Source: Macrostomum lignano
Lineage: Eukaryota
Direction of reading: 5' to 3'
NCBI GenBank assembly: GCA_002269645.1
Contig: NIVC01004010.1
Coordinates: forward strand, 44,756-108,755
Length of the DNA: 64,000 nucleotides
The position numbers were made by a program, and so were the translations under genes. The notes beneath the pieces are model-generated. The model was given only the letters and a program-made list of their open reading frames with translations. It did not search any database and was not told the origin of the DNA. Positions 12,442 through 23,536 of the stretch are shown here, piece by piece. Each line of letters starts with the position of its first letter. Position 1 is the stretch's first letter.

Positions 12442-13272
12442 TGTACATCGGTGTTCAATTACCTTATATGCATCGTGCGTTCAATTATGAGTATCGTTCG
12501 TTTGATTGCGTAACACTGTTGTCAACGTGCATATGAGTATAAATATATTAAGCGAGACCTGACAGTCTACGTAAGTTTCATCACTATAACTAAAAATACA
12601 ACGAATGGTGACCAGTGGACTCCCGTACCCAGCGGAGTTTCAACCAGTAACAGGCGAACCTCCTGTGCCATGGGCAAGGTGGATCAAGTCATTTGAGAAC
12701 TTTCTGGTAGCTGGAGATCTCGAAGAGGCATCCGAGAGCCGGAAAACGGCGATCCTCCTGCATCTGCTCGGTGAGGAAGGACGCCGCCGAGCTGCAAACA
12801 TTGATGCAAGCAAGTCGCTTCAGGAGACCAAAAAGGCACTGAAAGGGATTTGAGCTTGTCGAAAAGCATAATAGCAGAGCGTTTCGCCTTTCGGCAGCGA
12901 GCCCAGCACGACTGCGAGAGCATCGGAGACTACGTGATGGCCCTGAGAGAACTGGCAACAAACTGCAACTTTGGCACCTTCCACGACGAGATGATTCGAG
13001 ACCAACTCGTGGAGAAAACCTGCGTGCCTCGCATCAGGGAAAGACTTCTGATGGAGGAGGACAATCTGACGCTAGATGACGCTATCAAGAAGGCTGAGCG
13101 AATTGAGGCGGCCATCAGGGACACCAAGCAGGTCCGCGCCACAGAGCTCCACGTGAAGGCGCTGAGCAAGAAGCCGAAGCCAGTTTCTCGCCATGAGAAG
13201 ACTGCAGCACCAGGTCCAAAGTGCACTCGATGCGGAGGCAACCACGGAAAAAGCAATTCTGTTCGAGATTAA
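12442..13272 (+). mobile_element. Ty3/Gypsy gag remnant with possible short 5-prime LTR (12442-12600)
   Basis: Gag motifs W..W...FENFL, KTAILLHLLG, ERFAFRQRAQ..ESIGDYVMALRELATNCNFG, MIRDQLV, start of a CCHC knuckle CTRCG; frameshift near 12850; tg...ca segment followed by tggtgacc (PBS-like, weak). Confidence 0.8.
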
Positions 13273-14594
13273 AGCAATGTACGAGTGTAGATTATCACTG
13301 TTTATTGCCTCGATCTCTTCTAAAAGTTTGTATTTCTTGAAGAATTCGAGACAGGCTTAAAGTACGCGTCCGTTATGTAGTAGTAGCAGTATATCTTTCG
13401 TTGATATATGTGACAGGCCCTACAGCCTTCCGAAGGTGGTTATAAATTTAAGAAAGTTTCCATAAAATTATTCCGGGATCGGCACACTGATGATAAATGA
13501 ATCCCTGTATACGCGAAACGGACTTGTCTGTTTTTTCTATTAATCGTTGACCACAGAAGGCTTTCAATGCGGAAGGAATTCAAAGACAATGTAGAGTTAG
13601 ATTCCAGGCTGACGTTATGCACCCTATATAGGCTTATATCCGGTTTGCATACGCTGCTGGTCAGAACAGCTGGTGACCGGCGACATTTCTGAAATCGAAC
13701 AAGTCAGGCGAGTCATGTGTAATTGTTTCAGTGTCTGCCCTGTCTGCGGAATTTCCTGCAGTTCCTTTTCACCGATTTTGAAATACGAGACAACTCCTTT
13801 ACTGTTGACTATAGAAACTCGGCGCTGAAATATTGACGACGATAATTACAAAGGGAACAGTGAATCTGCACCCGCTCTAGCCAATTGCATGGCCCCGTAA
13901 TAGAAATTTCTATTTTTGCGTGTATTTGCATGCACGACCCACATAGTAAGATGAGCATAAAAATTTGTGTAAAAGTACATTGATTTATCATTTGTGGTAA
14001 CTAATTTCGCCATGCAGGGACCAACGAAATGGGCAAATTTATCAAGTAGCACCAACGTCATACACCTGTAATAACTTGAAAAATTGACGCCATTGTCTGA
14101 ATGTTAGCAGGCTGCAATCTCTTATGGTAGACTCCATGATATATGATCATATCAATTGGTGATATCCAATGCAAAACTTTCAAGTTTTCAGAGTCGGACT
14201 CCATCATCTCCGACTGGAGACGAATCAGGTCTGGCGCGCGGCGCATTTGCTCAGGAACGTCTGACTCAGCTGCGAGGGGGCGGCCTGACCTGAGCGCCAC
14301 CCTAAGCTGGCGCCGCCAGGTGCTGCTGGGCCACTGCCACCGGAGTGACGGCCGCGGCGACCAAAAAGTCCCGTTGGCGCTGGTCCTCCTGCACCAGCTG
14401 ACGGAGCAGAAACGCCACGGTCAAGGACCTGACGCTGTGACGCTGACAGGCTGTTTTGAGGCTGACTTGCAGGCTCGGCCCCAGACCGCACGCTGCCTGC
14501 CCCTCCCGTCTGTTTCCTCGAGCGCGTGTGCGCAAGAGCATACGAGCGTACATAGTTTTTTCGTGTATCTATCTGGTGTCCCAAAAGTTACCAG

Positions 14595-15120
14595 GGGGGT
14601 CTTTCTCGAAAGCAACTTACGATCGACAATAGACGTAAGTTTGGTAAGCTACACTTACGGGTTGCTCGAAGGGCTCGCAAGTTATCTATGCGTAAGATTG
14701 ATCGCAACTTTACGAGTCGTAACTTTGCGCAAAAGACTGTTTCTCGAAACGTTCGTATGTCTATGGTCTTTCGTAAGGTTGATCTTAACCCTACGACTGC
14801 TCGGTATCAGTCGTAAGACGCACTTAAGCACTAATCGCATAGTACGTGAAGCTCTAGTCAAGCCAAGTCAAGTTAAACTTTATCGAAAGTGGGTCTTTCT
14901 CGAAAGCAACTTACGATAGACTAAGTAAAGATATTTGCAGATTTATGACCATAGACATGCAACTTTTCGTTTCAGATACGACTTACGAACAGCGTAAGCC
15001 ACGCAAAGTCTAAGTGAGTTTTGAGAAAGCGTCTTACGAGCAAACTTACGCTACACGTAAATTTCTTTCTTACGATCTAACTTACCATAGAACTTACGTG
15101 AGTTTCGAGAAACACCCCCC
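14595..15120. mobile_element. PIF/Harbinger-like MITE inserted in the mariner left TIR
   Basis: TIR ggggt(c/g)tttctcgaaa at both ends, 3-bp TSD CAG (14592-14594, 15121-15123), many internal cttacg/cgtaag motifs. Confidence 0.8.
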
Positions 15121-15331
15121 CAGAATGTTTGCTCTAGCTCCTCAGTATTTTGATGTTGTATGTCTCAATTAAAGTAAAGATATTTTTTCAACAAAAAGGT
15201 CGTCATTTGAATTTCCTTTTCCATAGATGTCAAAACGTCTATGGATTAAACCAGTAAAATTGCTGATCAGATTTGCCGCTTGATTTCCCTTTAGAGTCAG
15301 CGGAGTCAAGTTTTTGCCCTGTGGTCTGCAG

Positions 15332-15632
15332 GGGTTGTAGCCTAATGGTCAGAGCGCCGGACTCACGACTTGAAGGTCGGAGGTTCGATTCTTGACTCAC
15401 TCGGAACAATTTGTGTCCTTGAGCAAGACACATCTCTGAATTGCTTCAGTTCACCCAGCTGTAGAATGGGTACCAGCATTAGCTGGGGTAATTGAGGGTG
15501 TGTGGCGACCCCCCAGTCCTTGGACTGAACAGCCGTACGCAGCCTTCAGATGCGCCGCGCAATAGCTGCGGCTGAGCTGTCGGTTGCACATCTGCCCATT
15601 AGGGCAGGTGTAATCAATTGTTATTGTTATTA
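15332..15632 (+). mobile_element. tRNA-derived SINE with CORE-like central block, copy 1
   Basis: A box tagcctaatgg, B box ggttcgattc, block gtccttgagcaagac...cccagctgtagaatgggt, (TTA)-rich tail, 7-bp TSD TCTGCAG (15325-15331, 15633-15639). Confidence 0.88.
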
Positions 15633-17408
15633 TCTGCAGAATGGAGTGGAGCCAAAATTGCGGAGCATCTTTTCTCTATCCATGGTGAGAACAGCATTAA
15701 GAAAACAGCTATTTACGGATGGATCCAACGGTTCAAGGATGGTCAGTCGTCCACTGTGAATGACCAGCAACGCTCTGGCCGACCCTGCACGTCGGGTGAC
15801 GAGACATCCTGTCAACGGGTCATGGCCCTGTTGGACTCAGATGCTCATCTGACAGTTCGAGAATTATCTGATCAATTGAACGTTTACAAATCAACTGTCC
15901 ATCGAATCGTCACCGCTGATCTGAATCTCTCAAAGATTTCTGCCCGTTGGTGCCCCGCCTCCTCACACCGGAGCTCAAGGCACAGACATTTAAGGTACTA
16001 ACCTTCCTTCACATTTCCTGATACAACTCTTAGTCAGAACCGGATAGAATGAAAATTCAAATGGACAAGCTTTTAGCTGAAAAATTATCGTTTGTTTCGA
16101 AAAAAATCGAAATTGGTCAAGCTACTGAGGAGCTAGAGCAAATATTACGGGAACTTTTGGGACAACCCCTATCTAGTATCTCTATCTATCTAGTATCTAC
16201 ATGTATCTAGTGTCTGAAAAGTGCCCTTCTCCCGTGTTTGCTTAAGGATCACTTTCGCTACTTTTGATAAAATTTGTTTTGACGGCTGCTCCCGCGGACA
16301 AATTTTTGTCGGAGGGCGCTCGCCATTCATAATTCTTATTGCCCGTAATCTCTGATGACTTACGACTGGCGCATTGTGCCTGACGGAATTTGATTCTGGG
16401 CCGTGACGAGAGGCGGACGAGAGGCAACTCATCCCAGTCAAAGCCCCAGCTAAATTGGCTCCGGTGGACATAAAGATAATAATTACTTCTGCTGGCTGAC
16501 CGCTGAGCGGTCGTACTTGTTATTTTGTTTGCGCTATGCGGCCCAGCGGAGGTTGAGAGTCTTAATGGACTGCTGGTTTATGCCGCGGAATGAATGCTTC
16601 ATCTGAGGCCAGCGGGTGCGGCCGCCTCGCAACTGCCTGCCTCAGACAGGGGAATGGCATCTGCAGCCCGGAGTCTCTTGAAAACCCAATTAGAACCGGT
16701 GGCAGGCTAACCGAAAATCCTCGAATTGCTAGACTTTGTTGCAACGCGAATTGCTACAAGTCCAGACCCGGGAAAATCCAGCTATGCAGGCATCAGGCTC
16801 TGACCGCAGCACCACATGAAGCTGCTTATCGGCTGTCTGCGCTGATGAGGTGCGAAAGAATTATGCTAATAAAAGAGTACTAATGAATTCGCAAGTATGG
16901 ATCAAATATAATAATTCGCCAACCGAAGTGTTCCTTTTGCGAATTGACTGCTGCTGTTTTGGGTCTTGGTTGACAAAGACTTCTCATCAACTCAGTGTTG
17001 TGCACGAGAAATATTTAAAAAGCATATTTTTTACAGAAGAAAATTAAGCTCGACAAAAATTTATATGTTTTCTCGTGGATAGACGATTATCAGAATTGGG
17101 GCGACCAAATCTACATAGGCCACTATAAAGTAGCTCGTATAAGTGAAGAAAAATTTAATAGTCTGTGAGGATTTGATAAAAATTGAGAAAGCCTTCAAAC
17201 ACGTAAGAATGAACGCTCAAAAGTCTTCCATCAGAGTCTACGCAATAAAATACGGACCAACTTGGCAAATGCATTGCAGGCATTATGCCATAACTTTACC
17301 GGTCCTGTTGCATCAGTTTTGATCAATGTGACTGTCCTGAATCCCAGCATTACCGAACGCACTCGGTGGGACAGTTGTCATAGAATGATGGCAGCGGCTT
17401 TGAAAGGA

Positions 17409-19199
17409 TCAACAAAGGCAGTTGAGTTTCAGCATCTTCAATATGTTGGCGGCAGTTCGGAAATCACCGTTCTGTCTGCTTCTGGGCAAGCTGCCAAGAG
17501 CTCTGGCAAAATTCTCGTCGGCTTCTTCGGTTGCGCCTGCACCTGCTGCTGCAGGCTGTTTGGCTGTGAATCCGCAGCTTTGCAGCAATCTCTTACTGGA
17601 TAGGTAGAGCAGCTCCAGCAGCTCGAATGCAGTAGTGACAGTCACGCCCAGTGTGAGGCCTCCCATACCTCCAAGTCGGCTCAGGAGCGCGCTGAGACTG
17701 ATCTGGAGGGTCTCCCTGTTCACCTGCGTGGTGTAGTCGAACCGGCTGACTGTCACTAGGGCCATTTTCTTCGACAGCCGTTTTTCCAAGCGACGAAGTC
17801 TGGTAACCTGCGGAGCGGTGGCGATTAACTCAAGTTGGCTAAAGGACAGCAGCTGCTCCAGCTTCTCTACCGCTTTCCGGCTAACGGGCCGCTCGGATAA
17901 CGCATTCAACGCACTGGAAATGTCACTCATCCAGTGGATCTGCCACAGCCGAGGAAACCAATCTGCGGCCGACAATTGGCTTTCGTAGTGAAAGAAGCTG
18001 CAACGTTTCGGGCACTCCGTCTGGCTGACACTGTTCGTCAGCTCGCTCAGATTTAGGTTGCGGACGCAGTTCAGTCTTCGAATAAAATCCATTGGATGCT
18101 CAGCGCTGTAAAAGCCGCAGTAGGGAGCCTTTTCTTGGGCATCGCTAGCCAAAGGTCGCACATGGTAGGTCGAAGTGCAATTGCACTTTTCCGTAATCAG
18201 CTGGCCGATGTGGCTGCTTAGACATGCATCAAAAGTATACAAGTACTTGCTGTCATCGTCCTGAATTATCGGCAATTGAGACGCTTCGGAGCATTCACCC
18301 TCCGGATAATTCTGTTTTTCCACCTTCACTGGCCGGTACTTGATCAGCGTCGAAGTTTGCATTTGTACGCTGAAACTCTGCGTGTCAATTAGCGGATAGG
18401 TGCCCGGCTCATGCAGAACGATCCGAAACCCGGAGGCTTCGTTGAACACGTTGAATGCGTAGTCTTCGCTTGACGAATCCTCCAAGTCAGACTCCGTCAG
18501 ATTGAAGTCGTTCATCAGCATTTCATTTTGGTGAGCATTGGATAGCAGAATCGACAAGCTGCTCACGTAGCTAGAATCTGGCTGCAAAAGCTCCAGGTCG
18601 TGGCAAAAGAAAAAATCCGGATGATGAAAACTGCTGCTTTCCTGGAACTCGCAGTCCTCTTCGTGAGCCACTGATGGATTGCCATTGGCGCTGTGTCGCA
18701 TGATGCAGAACGGCATTAAATCATTGAAGCTGTACGCCAGCTGCTTGGCAGAGGACTCGTTGATGAACTGAAAATAGGTGGACACCTTGTCGCTGTGGAA
18801 TAAGCTGGCCGCTTCTTTGTAGCGACCGTCCCGCAAAAAATCTCCCATGCCGCGGCGAAGCTGGCGGGAGAATTCAGCCGGACTGGCAATGCGGCCTTCC
18901 CTCCAGAGCTTCAACGCCCGCGCGGAGAACGGGCTCATGGAGCAAATCGTCAAGCTGGGGAATGGCGTCGGGTCGTTGAGCCGCTTCTCAATCTGATAGC
19001 TCTTGTGGTACTCGAAGAACTCACTGAACAGGTCGCACGTTCCGTAGCCAAGTAGAACGGCCATGCTGATGAGGTAAAGCAGCCACAGCAGACGCAGCGC
19101 TGAGTACTTTGTGGTGTAGCACTTCTTTATGCCACGAATAGTTGTATTTTCGATAAATGTAGATACGAGAAATTTTGGAAAGGCTAGGGTTTTGCTCAT
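17409..19199 (-). CDS. DEG/ENaC (amiloride-sensitive channel family) subunit, intronless, 596 aa
   Basis: TM1 after RLLW, FPSLTIC, GFRIVLHEPGTYP, Cys-rich thumb (YTFDAC...CNC...C...CPKRC...YE), TM2 LSRLGGMGGLTLGVTVTTAFELLE. Confidence 0.93.
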   Translation of the reverse strand: MSKTLAFPKFLVSTFIENTTIRGIKKCYTTKYSALRLLWLLYLISMAVLLGYGTCDLFSEFFEYHKSYQIEKRLNDPTPFPSLTICSMSPFSARALKLWREGRIASPAEFSRQLRRGMGDFLRDGRYKEAASLFHSDKVSTYFQFINESSAKQLAYSFNDLMPFCIMRHSANGNPSVAHEEDCEFQESSSFHHPDFFFCHDLELLQPDSSYVSSLSILLSNAHQNEMLMNDFNLTESDLEDSSSEDYAFNVFNEASGFRIVLHEPGTYPLIDTQSFSVQMQTSTLIKYRPVKVEKQNYPEGECSEASQLPIIQDDDSKYLYTFDACLSSHIGQLITEKCNCTSTYHVRPLASDAQEKAPYCGFYSAEHPMDFIRRLNCVRNLNLSELTNSVSQTECPKRCSFFHYESQLSAADWFPRLWQIHWMSDISSALNALSERPVSRKAVEKLEQLLSFSQLELIATAPQVTRLRRLEKRLSKKMALVTVSRFDYTTQVNRETLQISLSALLSRLGGMGGLTLGVTVTTAFELLELLYLSSKRLLQSCGFTAKQPAAAGAGATEEADENFARALGSLPRSRQNGDFRTAANILKMLKLNCLC

Positions 19200-21488
19200 G
19201 TTGTAATTCTAAGCAAGGGAAATTCTGGATGTATCTTCTTAGGATGGCAATCACCGCCCAATTATGGCATTAAAGCTGCAACTAATTTTGTGCGCCCAGA
19301 GCTTTTACGTGAATTTGCGTGCTTTTCAAATACAGTTGTATTCATTTCATTGGCTATGCCTGTCTCTGGCTAAACTGGACGAGAGCGAATCCGGCGCTGC
19401 GATATGATTACTACCACCAGTGATGCGAGCCGTAGAATGGAAAATGCCTGTGAAGACTCCGATTGGTCGTAGGTTTTGGTGTTGAAACTCTTACTATCAG
19501 CAGTATAATACATAATGCATGCACGTGTACTGTACAGTTGTATGTGTAAACTCTTAAAATTTCCAACGACAGAATGACATTGCTTGATTTTAGATAGGTG
19601 AGTTTGGTCACTGAGGAGTTTTTAGGTAAAAATATGAGGCACGGCCGGCTACTCGAAGACGCGGTTCCACTTTCGTTAATTTTGTCGTAGGAGTTCCTAA
19701 TTTCTATAGAGCCAATTAAATTTTCTCATGTGCGAGGCGCGGCTGTAAGCGTTAATTAATCTGACCCCCAAAAGTACTCCAGAATTTTTTCGAATGACGA
19801 GCGCGTATTTTTCTCTTACATGTAAATCTCTTTAAATTTTCCATTGTAGCTTGAGTAGCTCGATCGCATTAATCTCCTATTATCTTCGGTAATCTCTTGC
19901 GGAAGCTAAAATATTTTGTCGTCATGCACAAATTTTTAAATTACGGCTAGACATGTCAAGTTTCTGGGGGTCTGGGAGAGGCCACCTATTATAGGGGATG
20001 CTGTTTATAGGAGTTTAAGGCTTAGAGCCAATTAGAGTAGAGGCATTCAAATCCTAACTATAACTGCATACTATATACTACATAGTGAGTTATTGGGACT
20101 TAAAATATTAATATATAACTGATATCAAATTCATACTGTACACATCCAGTTAATTTTCAAGTTACATACAGGAATTACTGACTTTTATATGTATGTATAA
20201 GGACTCTGTTCTCCAGCTGAGTGATAAATTATGAATGCTTGGATCTAGCAAGCTAGCTATAAATTCCTATAATCGTCTGACATGTGTACTTCACCGGTTC
20301 ACCCCGCAACATCATAGTGCTACTGTAGTACACCTAAATTTCGTAATTTAAATTGGTGCCAACTCGAGGCGTGTGTTAAGTAAAGCAAAGTAATCGCATC
20401 GCAATGTAGTAATACTCGTATATTTTCGTTTCGTTCAATACTTTATATTCGTAACTTTATATCAGCTGAATTTCATCGCCTTAGCTCGATGGTGAGTCCA
20501 ATAAATGCTGAATCATAGCTCGAACTGTTACTGGCTATGCTTTAGAGTGTGCCTAGTAAGCAGTCAGCTGTGCAAGCTTGTGATTGGGCGGTAAAGGCTC
20601 AAAGTCAAATTTAGTGTCCTGCCTCCGTTCTTGCTACACTACTCACATTGAAAAATATTCGAAGAATCATTTTTTAACAAGCATATTGCTCCTTTATCAC
20701 AAAAAGTAAAAAACTGTTCCCACGAAATATTTTAGGCCTACTTAACGCATTAAAAGGGTCATTTTTATTTCAATATGGTCTGTATTTGTTAATTGCCTAT
20801 AGCCCTTTGTTATACAATACTGCGTTCTCGGAAATTTTGATTTTCGTTTTTCGCTTTTGCATTTGTAAACTTAACAGCGTGCTTTCTCTATAATAATCCT
20901 AATGATGCCACCAGCTGTTGTAGGGCTACTTCAAATTCCTACCCTGTAAATTTCCTAAAGCTGCCACCAAAGTTGTAACAGTGCTGATTGCTCTCTATCT
21001 AATTTATGTTGTTGACACCAAAGTTGTTCTAATAGTCCCTATAATTCTTGTTCTCTTACATATTTGTACTTCTAGTAGCATATATATTTATCAACTGGTA
21101 GCGCACGTATTAATCTACTGGTAGGTGGTAGGTAGCATATATACATGTACTGACACTGTACTGAGTTCTGACCTAAGTGGTCTTATGGCACTGTCTTACT
21201 GTCTAGTGTCTATCCTATCCTTATACTCTAAAAGTTTTTATTCTCTTAGTCCTAGATGTTCCGAGGATCAGAGGGTCATAGCTTACTTGCTGGGTATTCT
21301 CCCTTAAGGTGGGTTTCTTAGACTGTGAGTCTGGACTATTCTATCCTGTGGACCTGTGGTAGGATTTTTGCCTTCTAAAAGCAATTTCTCAGATTCTAAA
21401 TCTGGATGTCTCATTCTCTAAGAATAGATTGAATTCTTTCAATCTTGGGGCTATTCTTAACTTAGAAATAGCCCCAAATCCTAAGGAA

Positions 21489-21772
21489 CATACATGCGCA
21501 ACAGTCGGCCGAGTCGGCCGATCCGGCCGACCGATTTGGCGGCCAACCAAGGAAGTCGCAAAAATGCCAACCCGAAAAAACACGGAGTAGTAGTACTAAG
21601 TAGCTGACGAGGCATTTTGGCTTTATAAGACAGTCATAGTTTTTACAAAGTTGCGTTAATTTTTCTTTCGGGTTTTTTACATGTAAGTTGCATTTTTGGC
21701 CAAAAACTACGTCGCATTTTTGTTAAAACTAAGTCGCATGGCCGACCAAAATTTGGAGGTTGCGCATGTATG
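21489..21772. mobile_element. hAT-type MITE (284 bp)
   Basis: Perfect 14-bp TIR CATACATGCGCAAC and 8-bp TSD CTAAGGAA on both sides. Confidence 0.93.
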
Positions 21773-22501
21773 CTAAGGAATCCTAAGTCATTATTTACCA
21801 CTCAAAATAAGTAACACAAGAACAAATACAAGCCCTGAGGCTGATTGACTTACTTCTCCAAATATAATAACTAGAGAGATGCTTTGCAAATTGCAATTAT
21901 AAGAATAGTTATTGTTCAATCAACATGAAAACAATTTATTTGACTATGGCCCCTATTTATAGTAAAATTTTTTTTGCTATTTAAAACAAAATGATGATAT
22001 ATAAAATATATAGAATATGCAAAATATTTCTAATATTTGTACACTATAACAAAAACATATAATTTTAAAAGATGATATTTATAAGAAATAGTTTTACTAA
22101 TAAATGAAGTGTATTTCAAAATATTGATACTATAATAAAGGCCTTAGGCCTAATTCTTATATATATAGTTTTAAAATTATTTAAAAATATTTTTCTTAAT
22201 AATTAAGATAGTGTCTTTTGAAATAAAATAAAATAAATAATTTACTTTCTAATAAAATTTAGTTTTCTCTCTACTGACTTATTAGAGGTTGCCTTTTTTT
22301 GTTCATCAATCAAAAGTCTAATAATGATGAAAAAAAATTTCCTACAAGCCCTATTCAGGAAGATGTCTTTTGTATACCAAATTGAATTTTCTTTAAACCC
22401 TCTATATTTAATGTACAATAGGTTAGTTTTAGCTAAGATGAAGTATAGTTGTCTTGCCTGTTGTCTAGAGGCCTTCTATAGGAGCGCTGCCACCAATGAA
22501 G

Positions 22502-23536
22502 TGTTGTTATATATTTTTCTCAATAGCGTCTAGAGGTGGCCTGGCAGATCTTCTGGCTCCTGGTTGGTGACCTCCAGTTGGCGGTTTCTTAGAAAATAGT
22601 TCTCGTAGCGTAACTAGTGCTGCCACCAGCTTTGCAGAGTTGCAGTTTTTGGTGAGGTGTTGAGCTCGTAGAAGCAAAAAACTAAGACAAGAGAAAGAGA
22701 CTCGCACTTCGTGCAGATTTAGCAGTTCTCGCGCAGAGGTGCCCACCATCAGTAGTCCCTGCCAGGCTAGTGCGTGGTGAGAGCAAAAGTGCTAGCTACG
22801 GGCGATCTGAGCTGGCTTGCTAATTGATAGCAAGAACAATCAGAGGCAATCACACGCAAAGACAGGAGTCTTGGAATTTAAACTTTAGTACACACGCTGA
22901 GCAAAACGGTGGAACGGAGAAATGGATACAGAATAACGCGGAAATGCAGAAATGGAAGGCTTGTCTGAGCCAAGCCATGAAAGGGGCTGCATTTATAGGG
23001 AGGATCGATTGCACCATAGCACAAAAGGCCTCCACTAAGAGTCACAAGTGACTCTGTTGCTATTTTTAGCAACAAACAAGCGGGCCCTGCCTCAGAGGAG
23101 GCAAGGGGGGGTCCGGGCGCACGTGATCTACCCATAAACACAAGCCCAGCGCACAATGATGAAATCATTGCACTTTGGACTAAAGAAGGAAGAAGGCCTT
23201 GTCATGTGACTGACTCACATGACAAGGGGAAAAGGCCTACAAGTGAAGGCACTCGTGACCATGGGACTGGAAAACGGAATGGCACTCCAAATTTAGAGAT
23301 GCCAAACAGAGAACGAAACAGAGGCAGGCCAGACCAAGCTGTCTTGGCACTGCAAAAAGGGAAAATGAGACAAAAGGGGGCAAACGAGGACAAACAAACA
23401 GACAGGCAAACGGGCAGAGGACAAGCCAGAGGACAGGCGAGGGGGGGACAGGCAACTGCCCAGTGGCAGACAGAAGCCTAGGGCAAGGGCAACAGCTGAC
23501 TAGTGTGGCGCCTAACTAAACTAGCAACTCACTACA
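22502..23536 (-). mobile_element. Gypsy LTR (~1035 bp)
   Basis: Minus strand tgtagtgag...acaaca; PPT aaacggggagag adjacent at 23537-23548; homologous to the solo LTR at 39353-40259 and to 27655-27713. Confidence 0.8.

Larger units (their letters stand above)
14572..16169 (+). mobile_element. Internally deleted Tc1/mariner element
   Basis: TA on both sides; TIRs (gtcccaaaagtt...tttgctctagctcctcagta and its inverse at 16126-16169); transposase N-terminal HTH (15640-15960) with WIQRFKDG, RSGRP, LTVRELS, SKISARW; catalytic DDD domain absent. Confidence 0.85.

Noticed and set aside
14225-14553. GC-rich coding-like fragment on the minus strand
   Set aside because: Broken by a stop or frameshift with no recognisable motif; cannot be assigned
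14143-14919. 258-aa ORF with a GVFLESNLR segment faintly like histone H4
   Set aside because: It spans the mariner TIR and MITE; the similarity is a chance translation of the TIR
15332-15405. tRNA genes at 15332, 31590-31660 and 55006
   Set aside because: A/B boxes are present but there is no valid cloverleaf or anticodon arm; each continues into a SINE body and tail
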